Assembly: GCA_963717285.1 (NCBI GenBank)
Contig: CAVQVW010000004.1
Coordinates: forward strand, 710,905-774,904
Length of the DNA: 64,000 nt
Origin: an uncultured Thermoleophilia bacterium
GTDB lineage: Bacteria; Actinomycetota; Thermoleophilia; UBA2241
Reading direction: 5' to 3'
In this document: one piece after another, positions 19,025-29,378 of the stretch
Layout: each line of letters starts with the position of its first letter
How positions within the stretch are numbered: position 1 is the first letter of the stretch
Made by a program: the position numbers and the translations under genes
The notes under the pieces: generated by a model
Database searches by the model: none
What the model saw: only the letters and a program-made list of their open reading frames with translations
What the model was told of the DNA's origin: nothing

Positions 19025-19410
19025 GTGACGCTGGGTTCGGTTGCAGGAGGGTTTCAGACGGGTTGCAGAGAGGGGTCAGCGGAATCCTCGGGAGCCCACA
19101 GAACCCCGTATTCACGCCTGAAGAGGGGTGGTAGCGAATACGGGACTCAGAACGTCAAGGCTCACTGGTGATTCGTACTGGATACCCAACCGATGTCGGA
19201 GGATTCTCCTGCATGAACGACGAGCGCTTGAGGGCCTATGGGGGCATTGCGGGACACCGGATGCGACACCTCTCAGCCTACACGGCTGCGAGGTTCAGAA
19301 CTCCATCCTGTCGACGATGTCGGAACCCTCAAGAACCATCTTTCCCACCAGCGCGTACCGCCCAGCACCATTGCGTGAAGCTAGGTCCGGTTGCAGGAGG
19401 GCTGAAAGCA
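19025..19410 (-). repeat. Partial A-C-A composite (A' modules at 19025-19070 and 19375-19410; only the last ~20 nt of the C core retained)
   Basis: Contains ...GGTGGTAGCGAATACGGGACTCAG plus a conserved AAACCCCTGCATTT-like spacer. Confidence 0.5.
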
Positions 19411-19463
19411 AGTTGCACACGAGCGCGTCAGGTTGAGCCGCGTGCTGGATCGTGCCGGCGACT

Positions 19464-20003
19464 TCAGCGCTTCCTCGGCATCCTCGGGACGATGAAGGGC
19501 ACCTCTCGCATGTAGGTCATGTAGTTCTCACCGAATCTCTCGGCGAGTTCCTTCTCTTCCACTCGCTTGAGGTAGAGGACGAGAAGCCCGCCGAAGACGA
19601 GCACGGAGGCGGCACCGACCACGGTCGCCGCGGCGATGCTCACGCCCAGGTACGCCAGGATCGTCCCAAGTGTCATGGGATTCCGGCAGTAGCGGAACGG
19701 GCCGCTCGTCAGCAGGTGCTGAGTCGGCAGCACCGGGAGGGGCGTGCCTCGGCCCCGAGTGACCTGTGCGGCTATGGACCAGAGCGCGAGAGCCATTCCA
19801 GCGGCGACGAGCATGGCCCCGATCATGAGAAACGCCGGCCCGGGCTTCAGACGGTCCAGGTGAAGCCGGCGATCCAGCCTGCGGCACACGACGATGATCA
19901 GATATGGCAGGAGCACGACGAAGAGGACGCCTGCGAGGATCAGAGCGACGATCCGCACGCCCGGGCTACGCTCCTTCTCTGCCCACCTCGTGAACTGCGA
20001 CAT
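19464..20003 (-). CDS. isoprenylcysteine carboxyl methyltransferase (ICMT/PEMT) family membrane methyltransferase
   Basis: LLTSGPFRYCRNPMTLG signature with multiple TM helices. Confidence 0.65.
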   Translation of the reverse strand: MSQFTRWAEKERSPGVRIVALILAGVLFVVLLPYLIIVVCRRLDRRLHLDRLKPGPAFLMIGAMLVAAGMALALWSIAAQVTRGRGTPLPVLPTQHLLTSGPFRYCRNPMTLGTILAYLGVSIAAATVVGAASVLVFGGLLVLYLKRVEEKELAERFGENYMTYMREVPFIVPRMPRKR

Positions 20004-20056
20004 GGGACCTGCAGGCCTCCGCCTCGCGCGACATCCTGCCGTCTCGGAAGAGGACT

Positions 20057-20662
20057 CTAGCACCGGGGAGCGTGTGTGTCATGGCGGTCTGCAGATGTGA
20101 GCTGGCCACGTTCCCGCAGTCCCATCCGCTCACACCTTGCCTCAGACTTGCCGATCCGGGCGCAGGCGTGCAGGTCACTCCGGGTCGTACGGCCAGCCCA
20201 GCTTGCACCCAGCCGCCGCCTAGTCTCCATCTCCAACGTGGTCGGAGTGTAGTCAAACGTGCTAAGCAGCTTCCCATGGTCGTCCACCGATGTCTGAGCC
20301 AGGTCCTGCGGGAAGGCGTTGAGGAGCTGAGCGAATCCCAGGATCGTGTGCGTGTAGTCCAGAGAACGTGAGAGCCTGACCAAGGGCCACGTCGCATGCC
20401 AGGCGATCCTCGGGAGGATCAGCGGAATCGGCGTGAAGCGGATCGTCCTGCCGTACACCGCCGACAGTCTCCTGGCCGCTTCGGGAAAAGAGAGGAGCTG
20501 CGGTCCGGCCAGCCGGATGCGTCGCCCGCCAAGGTCGTCGCGCAGGACCGCCTGCGCCGCGATCTCGCCCAGATCCGCTGGTGAGACAGTCGGGACAGCC
20601 TTTGGCCCCCCGCCAGGCACAACCATGCGGTCGCTACGTATCATCGCGAAGAAGATATCCAT
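20057..20662 (-). pseudogene. duplicated C-terminal half of the NmrA-like gene (tandem partial duplication)
   Basis: About 290 nt (20396-20690) are identical to 21667-21960, and the upstream part has diverged. The duplication unit is 1271 bp. Confidence 0.6.
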
Positions 20663-20722
20663 CGAAGGCGGGGCGCCGAGTACCGGTCGGAGAGGATGTC
20701 ACATGGCGCACCTGACGATCGT

Positions 20723-21373
20723 TCAGGCACCCTCGGCCGCCGAACGAGCGACACGTCTGGTCGGCGGTGCGAGCAAGCGGATCGCCTCGCTGACATACCA
20801 CGCGTACGCCATGCCGAACATCAGGCGCTGCAGGATGCCGTAGTAGCCGGGCATCACGGCCATGAACGGCGGCACAAGCAGCGCCGTCAGGAAGGCGATA
20901 CGGTCCAGCCACCGCACCCGGCCTCCAGTGCGCGAACGCTGAATGGCGGCCAGGGCGACGCCCACCATGAAGCCGATGCCCATCGCCGACGCGGCGACCG
21001 TGTGCAGGAGATCCTCGGTCGGGTCGAAGGGGGCGCTCTCCACCCATGGACGCGTGGAGAACGCAGCGGCAGCGATCATCCAGACGCCGAACCAGCGGTG
21101 CGCGATCGAGGCCCACCGGCCCCACCGGGGCAGCGCGACACCCGCCAGCCACAGAACCGCGAACCCGAAGAGCAGAAAGCCGAGGCGCGCCATCCACGCG
21201 CCCTCGACACCCTGCGCGGCTGACTCACTCGTCCCGTGGAGAAGAAGCGAGTAGGAGTCCGGCATCAGCGCCGGGGCGACGAGCAACGACGCGATCGAGG
21301 CGGCGAACGTGGCGATCACGAGTACCACCGTCCCCCGAGATACACCTGCTTGCGGGTTCTCAGTCATCGCCAC
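20723..21373 (-). CDS. DUF998-like membrane protein
   Basis: 216 aa with a LLHGTSESAAQGVEGAWMARLGF motif and 5-6 TM helices. Paralogous to 2470-3077. Confidence 0.5.
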   Translation of the reverse strand: MAMTENPQAGVSRGTVVLVIATFAASIASLLVAPALMPDSYSLLLHGTSESAAQGVEGAWMARLGFLLFGFAVLWLAGVALPRWGRWASIAHRWFGVWMIAAAAFSTRPWVESAPFDPTEDLLHTVAASAMGIGFMVGVALAAIQRSRTGGRVRWLDRIAFLTALLVPPFMAVMPGYYGILQRLMFGMAYAWYVSEAIRLLAPPTRRVARSAAEGA

Positions 21374-21468
21374 TCCGCTCTTGACGTATCCGCGGGGCGG
21401 TCGTCCTGGGGGTGGTGGTCGCCGCAGGATCAGAGAAGGCTCGCATCCGCCACGCAGCCGAAAGAAGC

Positions 21469-22401
21469 CTAGCTTGGATCCAGCCGCCGCCTCGCCTCCA
21501 TCTCCAGCGTGGTCGGAGTGTAATCAAATGTGCTGACGAGGTTCTCATAGTCATCCACCGATGCGAGAGCTATGTCTTGCGGGAAGGCCTTCAGGAGCTG
21601 AGCGAATCCCAGGATCGTGTGCGTGTAGTCCAGAGAACGTGAGAGCCTGACCAAGGGCCACGTCGCATACCAGGCGATCCTCGGGAGGATCAGCGGAATC
21701 GGCGTGAAGCGGATCGTCCTGCCGTACACCGCCGACAGTCTCCTGGCCGCTTCGGGAAAAGAGAGGAGCTGCGGTCCGGCCAGCCGGATGCGTCGCCCGC
21801 CAAGGTCGTCGCGCAGGACCGCCTGCGCCGCGATCTCGCCCAGATCCGCTGGTGAGACAGTCGGGACAGCCTTTGGCCCCCCGCCAGGCACAACCATGCG
21901 GTCGCTACGTATCATCGCGAAGAAGATATCCATCGAAGGCGGGGCGCCGAGTACCGTCCAGTCGAGATCGGACGACCTGAGATGGGCCTCGACGTCCTGC
22001 TTGATCCTGGCGCTGTCCAAGTGTAGCTGATGCGCGATCTCCGGCCGAATGTCGAAGATCGAGATGTAGACGACCCGCTTGACTCTCGCGGCCTTGGCTT
22101 GGTCTAGCGCGGCAATCACAGCGTCTCTCTCGATGATCGCCATCTCGCGGATCTGACTTCGCGTGAACGCAGAGACGGCGACCACCAGGCGATCGACTCC
22201 TTGGAGCGCACGGGCGACATCCTCACCCGACTCAAGATTGCCCTCTTTGAGTTCGACGGTCTCTGCAAAGCTGGTGCCTGCCCGCGCAACGCTTCGCGTG
22301 AGGACGCGCACGGAGGCACCCTTTGCCGCGAGACTGCCGACGATGTGCCGACCATAATGGCCGGTGCCACCAAGGACGAGCACTCTCCCAGGGTGGGTCA
22401 T
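21469..22401 (-). CDS. NmrA-family / atypical SDR NAD(P)H-binding protein
   Basis: N-terminal VLVLGGTGHYGRHIV Rossmann motif. Full-length at 310 aa. Confidence 0.7.
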   Translation of the reverse strand: MTHPGRVLVLGGTGHYGRHIVGSLAAKGASVRVLTRSVARAGTSFAETVELKEGNLESGEDVARALQGVDRLVVAVSAFTRSQIREMAIIERDAVIAALDQAKAARVKRVVYISIFDIRPEIAHQLHLDSARIKQDVEAHLRSSDLDWTVLGAPPSMDIFFAMIRSDRMVVPGGGPKAVPTVSPADLGEIAAQAVLRDDLGGRRIRLAGPQLLSFPEAARRLSAVYGRTIRFTPIPLILPRIAWYATWPLVRLSRSLDYTHTILGFAQLLKAFPQDIALASVDDYENLVSTFDYTPTTLEMEARRRLDPS

Positions 22402-22483
22402 CAGCGTGCCGCCCTCAGCGCGCGCAGAATCCGCTCCTTGGTCGGGATGCCGCCGGACCCGGCGGGAGGAAGATAGGGCCTTC

Positions 22484-22627
22484 AGCCGAGCCCGTAGTCG
22501 GCGGCCTCCTCTGCCTTCGGTTGCAGGTCACGACCGTGCACTCGGACAGTCGGCGACCCCGGAAACCGCAGCGTCTCCGCCTCGTCACGAGTGCTGACGG
22601 TGATCTCCTCCATGGAGATCTCAATGC
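22484..22627 (-). CDS. small thioredoxin-fold-like protein or C-terminal fragment (MEEITVSTRDEAETLRFPGSPTVRVHGRDL...)
   Basis: Short ORF. A stop lies upstream in frame. The assignment is weak. Confidence 0.2.
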
Positions 22628-23397
22628 CCTTCTCCTTGGCGGCCCTATGAACGGCGTCACGCGCCGCCTGCCAGCGGCCTCAGCCAGGCGTGTGGAGGAT
22701 CTCGACGGGAGTTGGTGCAGTGAACATGCCGGCATCATACCCATCACAGTCGCCGGGCCAGTCACATCTGGCCTCTAGGAGCCTCAACCCGTGCCACCCA
22801 CTCGCACACACTTGGGTAGCGGAACGGTCGCAGTCAACCGCACCGGGGCCATCCGAATGGTGCGCGGGCCATCTTCGGCCCCAGCGTCGGTGCTGTCGAA
22901 GCGCTCGGCAGCCAAGCAGAGCTTGACTCCACTAGGTCGCCAGTAGCAGGGTGTTTGGAATCACTGGCTGCTCTCGGGGGACGAGAGTCGGAAACGGCCG
23001 CATCACCTAGCGGGGGAACGAAGGCATGATCTCAGAGAAGAACGCTCCAAGACTGCTGGGCGCAGCGTTCCTGTTCGTCTTCGCCGCTAGCCTTGTCAGC
23101 ACCCAGATGACCAGCTCGGTGATCGGCTCGGGCAGTATGTCCGACATGCTTGTGAGCGTCTCAAGTGGTGGGCCGCTGGTGAGTCGAACCCCTGCCGACG
23201 ACGGCCGCAGTGACACGTCCTGTGCTCAGAGATCGCCCAGTCGCTTGAAGAACTCCTCGCGGTCGATCTCGCCGCTGGCGTAGCGCCGCTTCAGGATCTC
23301 AACGGGCGGCTCCGCCGTCGGCGGCAGAGCAGCAGGCGGTATCTGTGCGACACCGGCGCCGGACCCCGACGGGTGTGTCGTCACCTACAACGGCCTC

Positions 23398-24687
23398 TTG
23401 CCCGGCCCCCTCATCCGTGTGAAGCGAGGCGACACGCTGCGCCTCAAGCTGTCGAACGACTTGCCTCCCTCCTCCGCCGTCAACTTGCTCGGTCATCGCA
23501 GCGATCTGACCAACATCCACACCCACGGCTGGCATGTCTCTCCGGAAGACCCCGCGGACAACGTGCTGCGCCCCGTATCCGCTGGAGACTCGTGGACCTA
23601 CAGCTACGACCTCAGCCTGCAGCCGCAGGGAACGATGGGTTGGTATCACCCGCACGTGCATGGCCTGGTCGCCGAACAGTTGTGGCAGGGTCTGGCGGGC
23701 CCCCTCATCGTCGAGGATGAGAGCCCACTCCTCGCGAGCTTCGAGACGCACGTGATGGTGCTGAAGGACTTCGCGCTGGCCGACGGAGCGGCGACCGCCT
23801 ATGAGTCGCACATGGACTACATGGAGGGCAAGCAAGGGCCGATCCTCACCGTCAACGGCTTGGTCAATCCGGTGCTCACCGCGAGACCCGGTCAGGTCCA
23901 GCGTTGGCGGATCGTCAACGCAAGTACGTCTCGTTTCTACCCACTGAGTCTGGAGGGTCACGAGCTGAGCATCATCGGCTGCGACGGCGGCCTGCTCGAC
24001 CGGCCCTACCCGCGGTCGACGATGCTGCTTGCTCCCGGCGAGCGGCTCGACGTGCTCGTGCAGGCCTCGCGCGAGGCTGGACGTCACAGACTCCTCGCTC
24101 TGCCCTACTCGAGCGGCAGCATGATGGGCGGCAGCATGATGGGCGGCGACGGTGGAGGCATGATGGGCGGCCAGACGTCGCCCATGTCCACGCTGCTCAC
24201 CCTGGACATAGACAGTCGTGCGGTCAGCGACGCGGTCCCATCGCTGATCAGCGACACGGCGAGACTGCAGGTCGATCTGAGCCGTCTTCCCCAACGACGG
24301 TTCGCCCTCGAAATGGGGATGGGTCGCGCCTTCATCAACGGCCAGGACTACGACACCAGCCCGTTCACGGTCCGATCGTCTGTCCCGCCCAGCGGCGAGT
24401 CCTACGAGGTCTGGACGATCGTCAACCGAAGCGGCATGGACCATCCCTGGCATCAGCATGTCAACTTCGCCCTGCCGCTCACGTTCGACGGCGGCGACGC
24501 GGCCTACGCGGATCTCTACGCGCGGGCTCCGGCCTGGAAGGACACGGTGGTGGTTCCCAGGAACGGCAGTGTCACCCAGCTCGTGCGCGTCAGTGACTGG
24601 ACGGGCCCCACTGTGTACCACTGCCACATCGTCGAGCACGAGGACATCGGCATGATGGGGGTGTGGCGACTTGAAGAGATGGCGTGA
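23398..24687 (+). CDS. multicopper oxidase (three cupredoxin domains, CueO/laccase-like) with a Met-rich insert; no recognizable signal peptide
   Basis: HTHGWH, WYHPHVHG and HCHIVEHEDIGMMG copper-site motifs, plus an MMGGSMMGGDGGGMMGG segment. TTG is the first in-frame start. Upstream the in-frame sequence reads RRFRISTGGSAVGG, but there is no start codon. Confidence 0.75.
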   Translation: MPGPLIRVKRGDTLRLKLSNDLPPSSAVNLLGHRSDLTNIHTHGWHVSPEDPADNVLRPVSAGDSWTYSYDLSLQPQGTMGWYHPHVHGLVAEQLWQGLAGPLIVEDESPLLASFETHVMVLKDFALADGAATAYESHMDYMEGKQGPILTVNGLVNPVLTARPGQVQRWRIVNASTSRFYPLSLEGHELSIIGCDGGLLDRPYPRSTMLLAPGERLDVLVQASREAGRHRLLALPYSSGSMMGGSMMGGDGGGMMGGQTSPMSTLLTLDIDSRAVSDAVPSLISDTARLQVDLSRLPQRRFALEMGMGRAFINGQDYDTSPFTVRSSVPPSGESYEVWTIVNRSGMDHPWHQHVNFALPLTFDGGDAAYADLYARAPAWKDTVVVPRNGSVTQLVRVSDWTGPTVYHCHIVEHEDIGMMGVWRLEEMA

Positions 24688-24769
24688 CAGGACTGGCGGG
24701 CAGCAGTCTCGCACGGCGGGCGGTCGCACCCAGTGGAACTGGGGAGTCGATCACTCATGATGTACGACT

Positions 24770-24786
24770 GGGGGGGGGGGGGGGGG
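24770..24786. repeat. homopolymeric G17 tract in the intergenic region between the MCO and SHOCT genes
   Basis: Counted directly; lies 25 nt upstream of the SHOCT gene start. Confidence 0.9.
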
Positions 24787-24811
24787 TGATAGCTGGGGAG
24801 TCTGGATCACG

Positions 24812-25027
24812 ATGGTGCTCACGGTGCTCTTCCTCGCAGCCGTCGTCATCGGCGTCGTGTTCCTTGTGCTTGGCATCTCTCGCGGTCGTACTGACGGCAG
24901 TCCGGAGTCGGCGCCGCCGACCACAGGCCTCGAGAGCGACGCACGCGACATCGTCAGACGGCGCCACGCCAGTGGCGAGATCGATCGTGAGGAGTACTTG
25001 CAGAAGCTGCGCGACCTGGGCGGGTGA
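24812..25027 (+). CDS. SHOCT-domain membrane protein
   Basis: An N-terminal TM helix, then C-terminal RRRHASGEIDREEYLQKLRDL (SHOCT motif). Confidence 0.65.
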   Translation: MVLTVLFLAAVVIGVVFLVLGISRGRTDGSPESAPPTTGLESDARDIVRRRHASGEIDREEYLQKLRDLGG

Positions 25028-25057
25028 GGCGTGACCGGACTCGATTCCTAGTGACCT

Positions 25058-25292
25058 GCAACCCTCCTGCAACCGAACCCAGCGTCACGGGATGGTGCTG
25101 GGCGGTAGTCGCTGGTAGTGAGCGGCGCTGGAGAGCGCGTCGGCACAGCTCACTGAGACAACGCCCGCCGGCGCCTAGGACGGAGCGTCCGGCGGAGGTT
25201 CTCGCTGGCCGACTACGGGCCGCCGGTACCTATACGAGAGGTGGCTTCGGGACTAGCATGACAAGTGGACCGAAGAATGGGGGTCCGGTCAG
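25058..25292 (+). repeat. A-B MITE-like element (about 235 bp)
   Basis: A module at the 5' end and B terminus at the 3' end. Confidence 0.7.
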
Positions 25293-25348
25293 GGTAGACG
25301 CCGTCCGACTCGCGTGCCCGACGTTGAGTGGCGGACAGAGGAGCAGTC

Positions 25349-25543
25349 ATGGGGCGGGGTTCCGGAGCGCTAGGTCTTGTGGCATTCGCACTGGTCATCG
25401 TAGGCACTCTCGGACTGCTCGCAAACGAGGTCGTGCTCGAATGGGGCAGGGTCGCGACACTCGTCTTCGCCGTGTCGAATGTGATCGGTCTCGTGGGCCT
25501 CGGACTCGTGTTCTTCGCTGGCGGCAAGGACCAGAGCCCCTGA
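25349..25543 (+). CDS. small membrane protein (64 aa), hypothetical
   Basis: GGAG ribosome-binding site with two TM helices. Confidence 0.3.
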   Translation: MGRGSGALGLVAFALVIVGTLGLLANEVVLEWGRVATLVFAVSNVIGLVGLGLVFFAGGKDQSP

Positions 25544-25761
25544 GTAGGGTTGCTGGCCCGCAACGGCGGCTGAGAGATGCGATGCGAGAGCTTCGGGTGT
25601 CCACTAGGAGACGGCCTCCAGCGGCGCAACGATGAGCGAGAACTGGGTATAGAGAGAGGAGCCGCGTGCGCGTCGTTGTGGATGACGACGAACGAGGGTT
25701 CCATGCTGGGCTGCATCGCCTCTGACGCCGAGACGACGGGGGTCTGGCGGGAGGTCGAGCC

Positions 25762-26541
25762 GTGAAGCTCCTTATTGCAGTCAGTGACGTCCGCACCGAC
25801 AGCGAGCTCGTCGCGTCGGCTCGCGGCTTGGCCGAGGCCGCCGGCTGGAAGGTACTGATCGCCCACGTGCAGGAGGACGAGTCGGACGCGGAGGCCCGTC
25901 TTCCGGAGGATGCGGACCTCGTCATCCTGGTCGGCGAGGCTTCCGAGGAGTTGACCAGACTGCTCGCGCAGGTCGACGTGGACTGCATGGCGACGATCGG
26001 CCTGCGCACGGTCGATGCCCCGGGTCTCGGTCACGTCGCTCAGGCGCTGCTCGCGGAGTTCTCGTTGCCCCTCTTCCTTGTGAGGCCGGGTATGCGCCCG
26101 CTCACCAGCCTGCGGCGTCTGCTCGTCCCGCTTGAGGGCACGCCATCGACTGCGGCCGCCATGCGCTTCACCGATGAGACGCTCGCCGCCCATGCCCGTG
26201 AGATCGTCGTGATCAACGTGGCCACCGGCGAGGCAGCGGTCGAGGCCGGCAGCCTGAGAGCGCCTTGCTTCGTCGATCAGGAGCAGTACGAGTGGACGAA
26301 CTGGCAGAAGGAGTTCATCCGGCGCTTCTGCCCGTGTCCGGACAGCTGCCGCCATCTTGTCCGCGTGCGCAGCGGAGAGCCGGCCGGGATCATTGCCGAG
26401 GAAGCCCGTTCGCGTGAGGCAGACCTCATCGCTCTCTCCTGGAACGGCAGTTTCGCCGCGGGACATGGTCGCGTCGTCCGTACCCTGCTCGAGACGGCGC
26501 CTTGCCCGCTCCTGATCGTACCGGCAGGCAGGCTGGACTGA
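25762..26541 (+). CDS. universal stress protein (tandem USP domains, divergent)
   Basis: Two USP-like halves, with C-terminal ...ALSWNGSFAAGHGRVVRTLLETAPCPLLIVP. Confidence 0.55.
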   Translation: MKLLIAVSDVRTDSELVASARGLAEAAGWKVLIAHVQEDESDAEARLPEDADLVILVGEASEELTRLLAQVDVDCMATIGLRTVDAPGLGHVAQALLAEFSLPLFLVRPGMRPLTSLRRLLVPLEGTPSTAAAMRFTDETLAAHAREIVVINVATGEAAVEAGSLRAPCFVDQEQYEWTNWQKEFIRRFCPCPDSCRHLVRVRSGEPAGIIAEEARSREADLIALSWNGSFAAGHGRVVRTLLETAPCPLLIVPAGRLD

Positions 26542-26715
26542 GCGCACTCACCAGCAAGATCGAGCGTATGCGGCAGCGCAGCACCATCGGCCCGCCCATG
26601 CGCTGAGTCCCCGTCGCCGGCGCCCTCGGCAGGGCGCCGGTGAAGCGCGCCCGCTCGGACGCCGCACCATCGTCGGAGAGACAGAGGCCGGGCATACCCG
26701 TACTGGTGTGGCATT

Positions 26716-27156
26716 CTATCTCTTGAGATCTGCGTGCATGGGCACGACGAGCACCGGGATCTCCGCGTTCTTCACGACTCTCTCGCCGATGCAGCCGCCA
26801 ACGAGACCCGTCAGCCGGCCGAGTCTGCGCGAGCCGATGACCATGAGCTCCGCGTTGGTCTCCGCTGGGAATCGCAGCATCTCCGCCGCAACGTTTCCTC
26901 GGCGGACGGAGAACCGGGTCGGTACCGTGGTCTTGGCGCCGTAGGTTCGCTCGAGGAGGCTTCTCGCCTGCTTCTCCTCGGCGGCCCTCTGTGATTCGGG
27001 CAGGGCGCGTGCCGCCTCGTTGACGTCGTCGGGTATCACGTGCAACACGGAGAGATGGGCACCTGTCGAGGATGCCAGGTACTGCGCTTCCTCGAAGGCG
27101 TGACCGGCGTTCTGCGAGAAGTCCGTGCAAAAGACGATGGTCTTGTACTCCGGCAT
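26716..27156 (-). CDS. universal stress protein UspA family
   Basis: YKTIVFCTDFS...LMVIGSRRLGRLTGLVGGCIGERVVKNAEIPVLVV. Confidence 0.7.
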   Translation of the reverse strand: MPEYKTIVFCTDFSQNAGHAFEEAQYLASSTGAHLSVLHVIPDDVNEAARALPESQRAAEEKQARSLLERTYGAKTTVPTRFSVRRGNVAAEMLRFPAETNAELMVIGSRRLGRLTGLVGGCIGERVVKNAEIPVLVVPMHADLKR

Positions 27157-27263
27157 GTTGCCCTCCTCCATCGGGAGAAACCTTGTCCTCATGGGGGCCA
27201 CTCGGGGGTTTCCGTTGGGCGGGCCGGGACGCAGGGAGCCTTGCCCGCGCCGCCAGCGAAGCG

Positions 27264-27689
27264 TCAGTCCGGAACGACGAGGACCGGGACCGGCGAGTTC
27301 TTGACCACCTTGTCGGCGACACTGCCGCCGCCGAGGAGGCCCGCCACCGTGCCCGCGCCGCGCGCGCCGAGGACGACCAAGTCCGCGTTCTGTTCCTTCA
27401 CGAACTCGATGATCCTCTTGGCGGGAGACCCGTAGCGGACGAGGACCTCGGCATCGACCCCGGCTTCGGAGGTGTACCGCGCCTCAACTCTGCGGACGAT
27501 GCTCTCCTCGTCCGGCAGTAGGAAGGGGTCCGGCTCACCGAAGGCCACGAACTCGCTCCCAGCGGGAATGACGTTGAGGACGAACAGATGGGCACCCATT
27601 GTCTCGGCCATGTCCCTGGCCACCTCGAAGGCCTTGTCCGCCTGTGCGGAGAAGTCCGTGCAGTATGCGATCCTCTTGATATCCGACAT
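27264..27689 (-). CDS. universal stress protein UspA family
   Basis: IKRIAYCTDFS...LVVLGARGAGTVAGLLGGGSVADKVVKNSPVPVLVV. Ribosome-binding site GAGGGGGAG. Confidence 0.7.
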   Translation of the reverse strand: MSDIKRIAYCTDFSAQADKAFEVARDMAETMGAHLFVLNVIPAGSEFVAFGEPDPFLLPDEESIVRRVEARYTSEAGVDAEVLVRYGSPAKRIIEFVKEQNADLVVLGARGAGTVAGLLGGGSVADKVVKNSPVPVLVVPD

Positions 27690-28275
27690 AGTGCTCCCCC
27701 TCATGATGGACTGCGGCGGCCAGCCCGGTGGCGTAGAACTGGTTGTGCCGACTGTGACCACCACCCCGGCCGCGAGCCGTGCCGGGTCCCCCCCTAGCGC
27801 CGACGCCGGCGCACGAGCCGCGTCGGCCACCCGTCAGTGGGCCGCAGCCCATCGGTCCTGTACTCTCCATTCTTGGCGTGATCTCTCCTTTGTCGCCGTC
27901 CGGCACCTAGCTTGCCGGAGCATTGTCATGGGCATATGCTCATATGATACCCGTCGGGGGCGTTGGCGACACTCCTCCTCCGAGCCTTCGCTGAGTCACC
28001 TCCTGATCTCAGAGACATCGACTCGGCGACGCTCTCGCCGTGACCGCGACCGTCAGGGAGGGCGGGGTGTTCTCAGGGGAGCCGCGCAGATGCTGCGGGG
28101 CTCCACGTCGCACGCGGAGAAGGTGGCGATCCACCAGGTGGCGATGGCGGTGAACGTCGGCCTGGAGCAAGCCAGTATCGAGATGCCCTTCCCGCAGCTC
28201 GACATCCGCCACAGACAGAGCGGCTCGGACTCGCACACCTGACCACGGCGCTCGCCCGTCTATACCGCCCGGACG

Positions 28276-28596
28276 CTAGATCAGCGCACCGGGCTCAGGC
28301 ATCGGATGGTACAGCTGCCGTGCCAGCAGGTCGTTCTGGATCGCCGCGCACAGCCGCTGCTTGGTCTCCGCATGAGCCGGGTCATCCCACAAGTTGTCGA
28401 TCTCCCGTGGGTCGTTCACCCGGTCGTAGAGCTCACCCTCGGTGCCGTCGTAGGTCGGCGTCGCTTCGTATTTGATGCATGTGTAACGCTCGTCGCGGGC
28501 CGCGTTCATGATGATGTGGGCATCCGGCGTGTGAGACTCGTACTGAGTGAAGACGAGCTTGCGGTCCGGAGCCTCGGCTGACCGGATCCCATTCAT
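28276..28596 (-). pseudogene. sulfatase C-terminal fragment
   Basis: ...YDGTEGELYDRVNDPREIDNLWDDP is a typical arylsulfatase C-terminus. It is truncated at a B-module copy (28579-28650). Confidence 0.55.
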
Positions 28597-28892
28597 CGGT
28601 CCACCTTCTATGCTAGTCCCGGGGCCACCTCTGGCATGGGCGCCGGCGGGGCGAAGTCATTGAGTGAGAACCCCGGACAGATGATCGTCTCGGGTACCGG
28701 AGCGCGCCCACCGAGAGAGCTGTGGGGCGCGGTTTGGTGAGCCATCCGGCCGACTCGCGGGTTAGAATCGATCGACCGTGCCGTAGGCCACTGTGACCGG
28801 ACCCCATTCGTCGGTCCACTTCCTATGGTAGTCCCATGGCCACCTCTGGGACAGGCTCGGCGGGCCAAGCTTCTTGACACGGTGCGCGTCAA

Positions 28893-29354
28893 TCAGGAAG
28901 CAGGTTCCTGAGTTTGGGAATCAGCAGTAGGCCACTTCCATGCGGTCCAGATGATAAGCGCGAGGAACAGAGCTTCCAGCAGCTCATAGAGCCTCCAATA
29001 GAGCCAAGTCTCGCCGGCATCGCCCACGAACTGTGTACCTAGCAGGACAAGGATCTGGAGGATGCCGACGATGATGTTCACCAAGCGATTCGCTTTGGCC
29101 TTCAGAGTAAGGGAAAGCAGGACCATGAAGCTCGGGATCGCCATTAGCACGGCCGCGCCGAGAAGGAGTGTCTGAGTGAACTCCACGCCCTCCAGACGTC
29201 CCTCCATCAGTTGCGCCACGTGCCCTGGCTGAAGGAGTGAGAACGCATCGTTGTAGATATAGAAGAACATCAAGGCTACCCATAGCAGGGCAAGCTTGGC
29301 CTTCACATTCACCCTTCTGTCCTTAAGCACGCTTTCGGTCTCGTGGGCGGACAT
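28893..29354 (-). CDS. hypothetical membrane protein (DUF6326-like)
   Basis: 153 aa with four TM helices. First gene of a three-gene same-strand membrane-protein run. Confidence 0.4.
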   Translation of the reverse strand: MSAHETESVLKDRRVNVKAKLALLWVALMFFYIYNDAFSLLQPGHVAQLMEGRLEGVEFTQTLLLGAAVLMAIPSFMVLLSLTLKAKANRLVNIIVGILQILVLLGTQFVGDAGETWLYWRLYELLEALFLALIIWTAWKWPTADSQTQEPAS

Positions 29355-29378
29355 GTCTCCTCCTCTTATCCCTCCGGG

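Noticed and set aside
23299-24729. 476-aa minus-strand ORF opposite the multicopper oxidase
   Set aside because: Antisense artefact. The plus-strand frame carries all copper-site motifs.
25213-26547. 444-aa minus-strand ORF opposite the tandem-USP gene
   Set aside because: Antisense artefact with a low-complexity R/A/S-rich translation.
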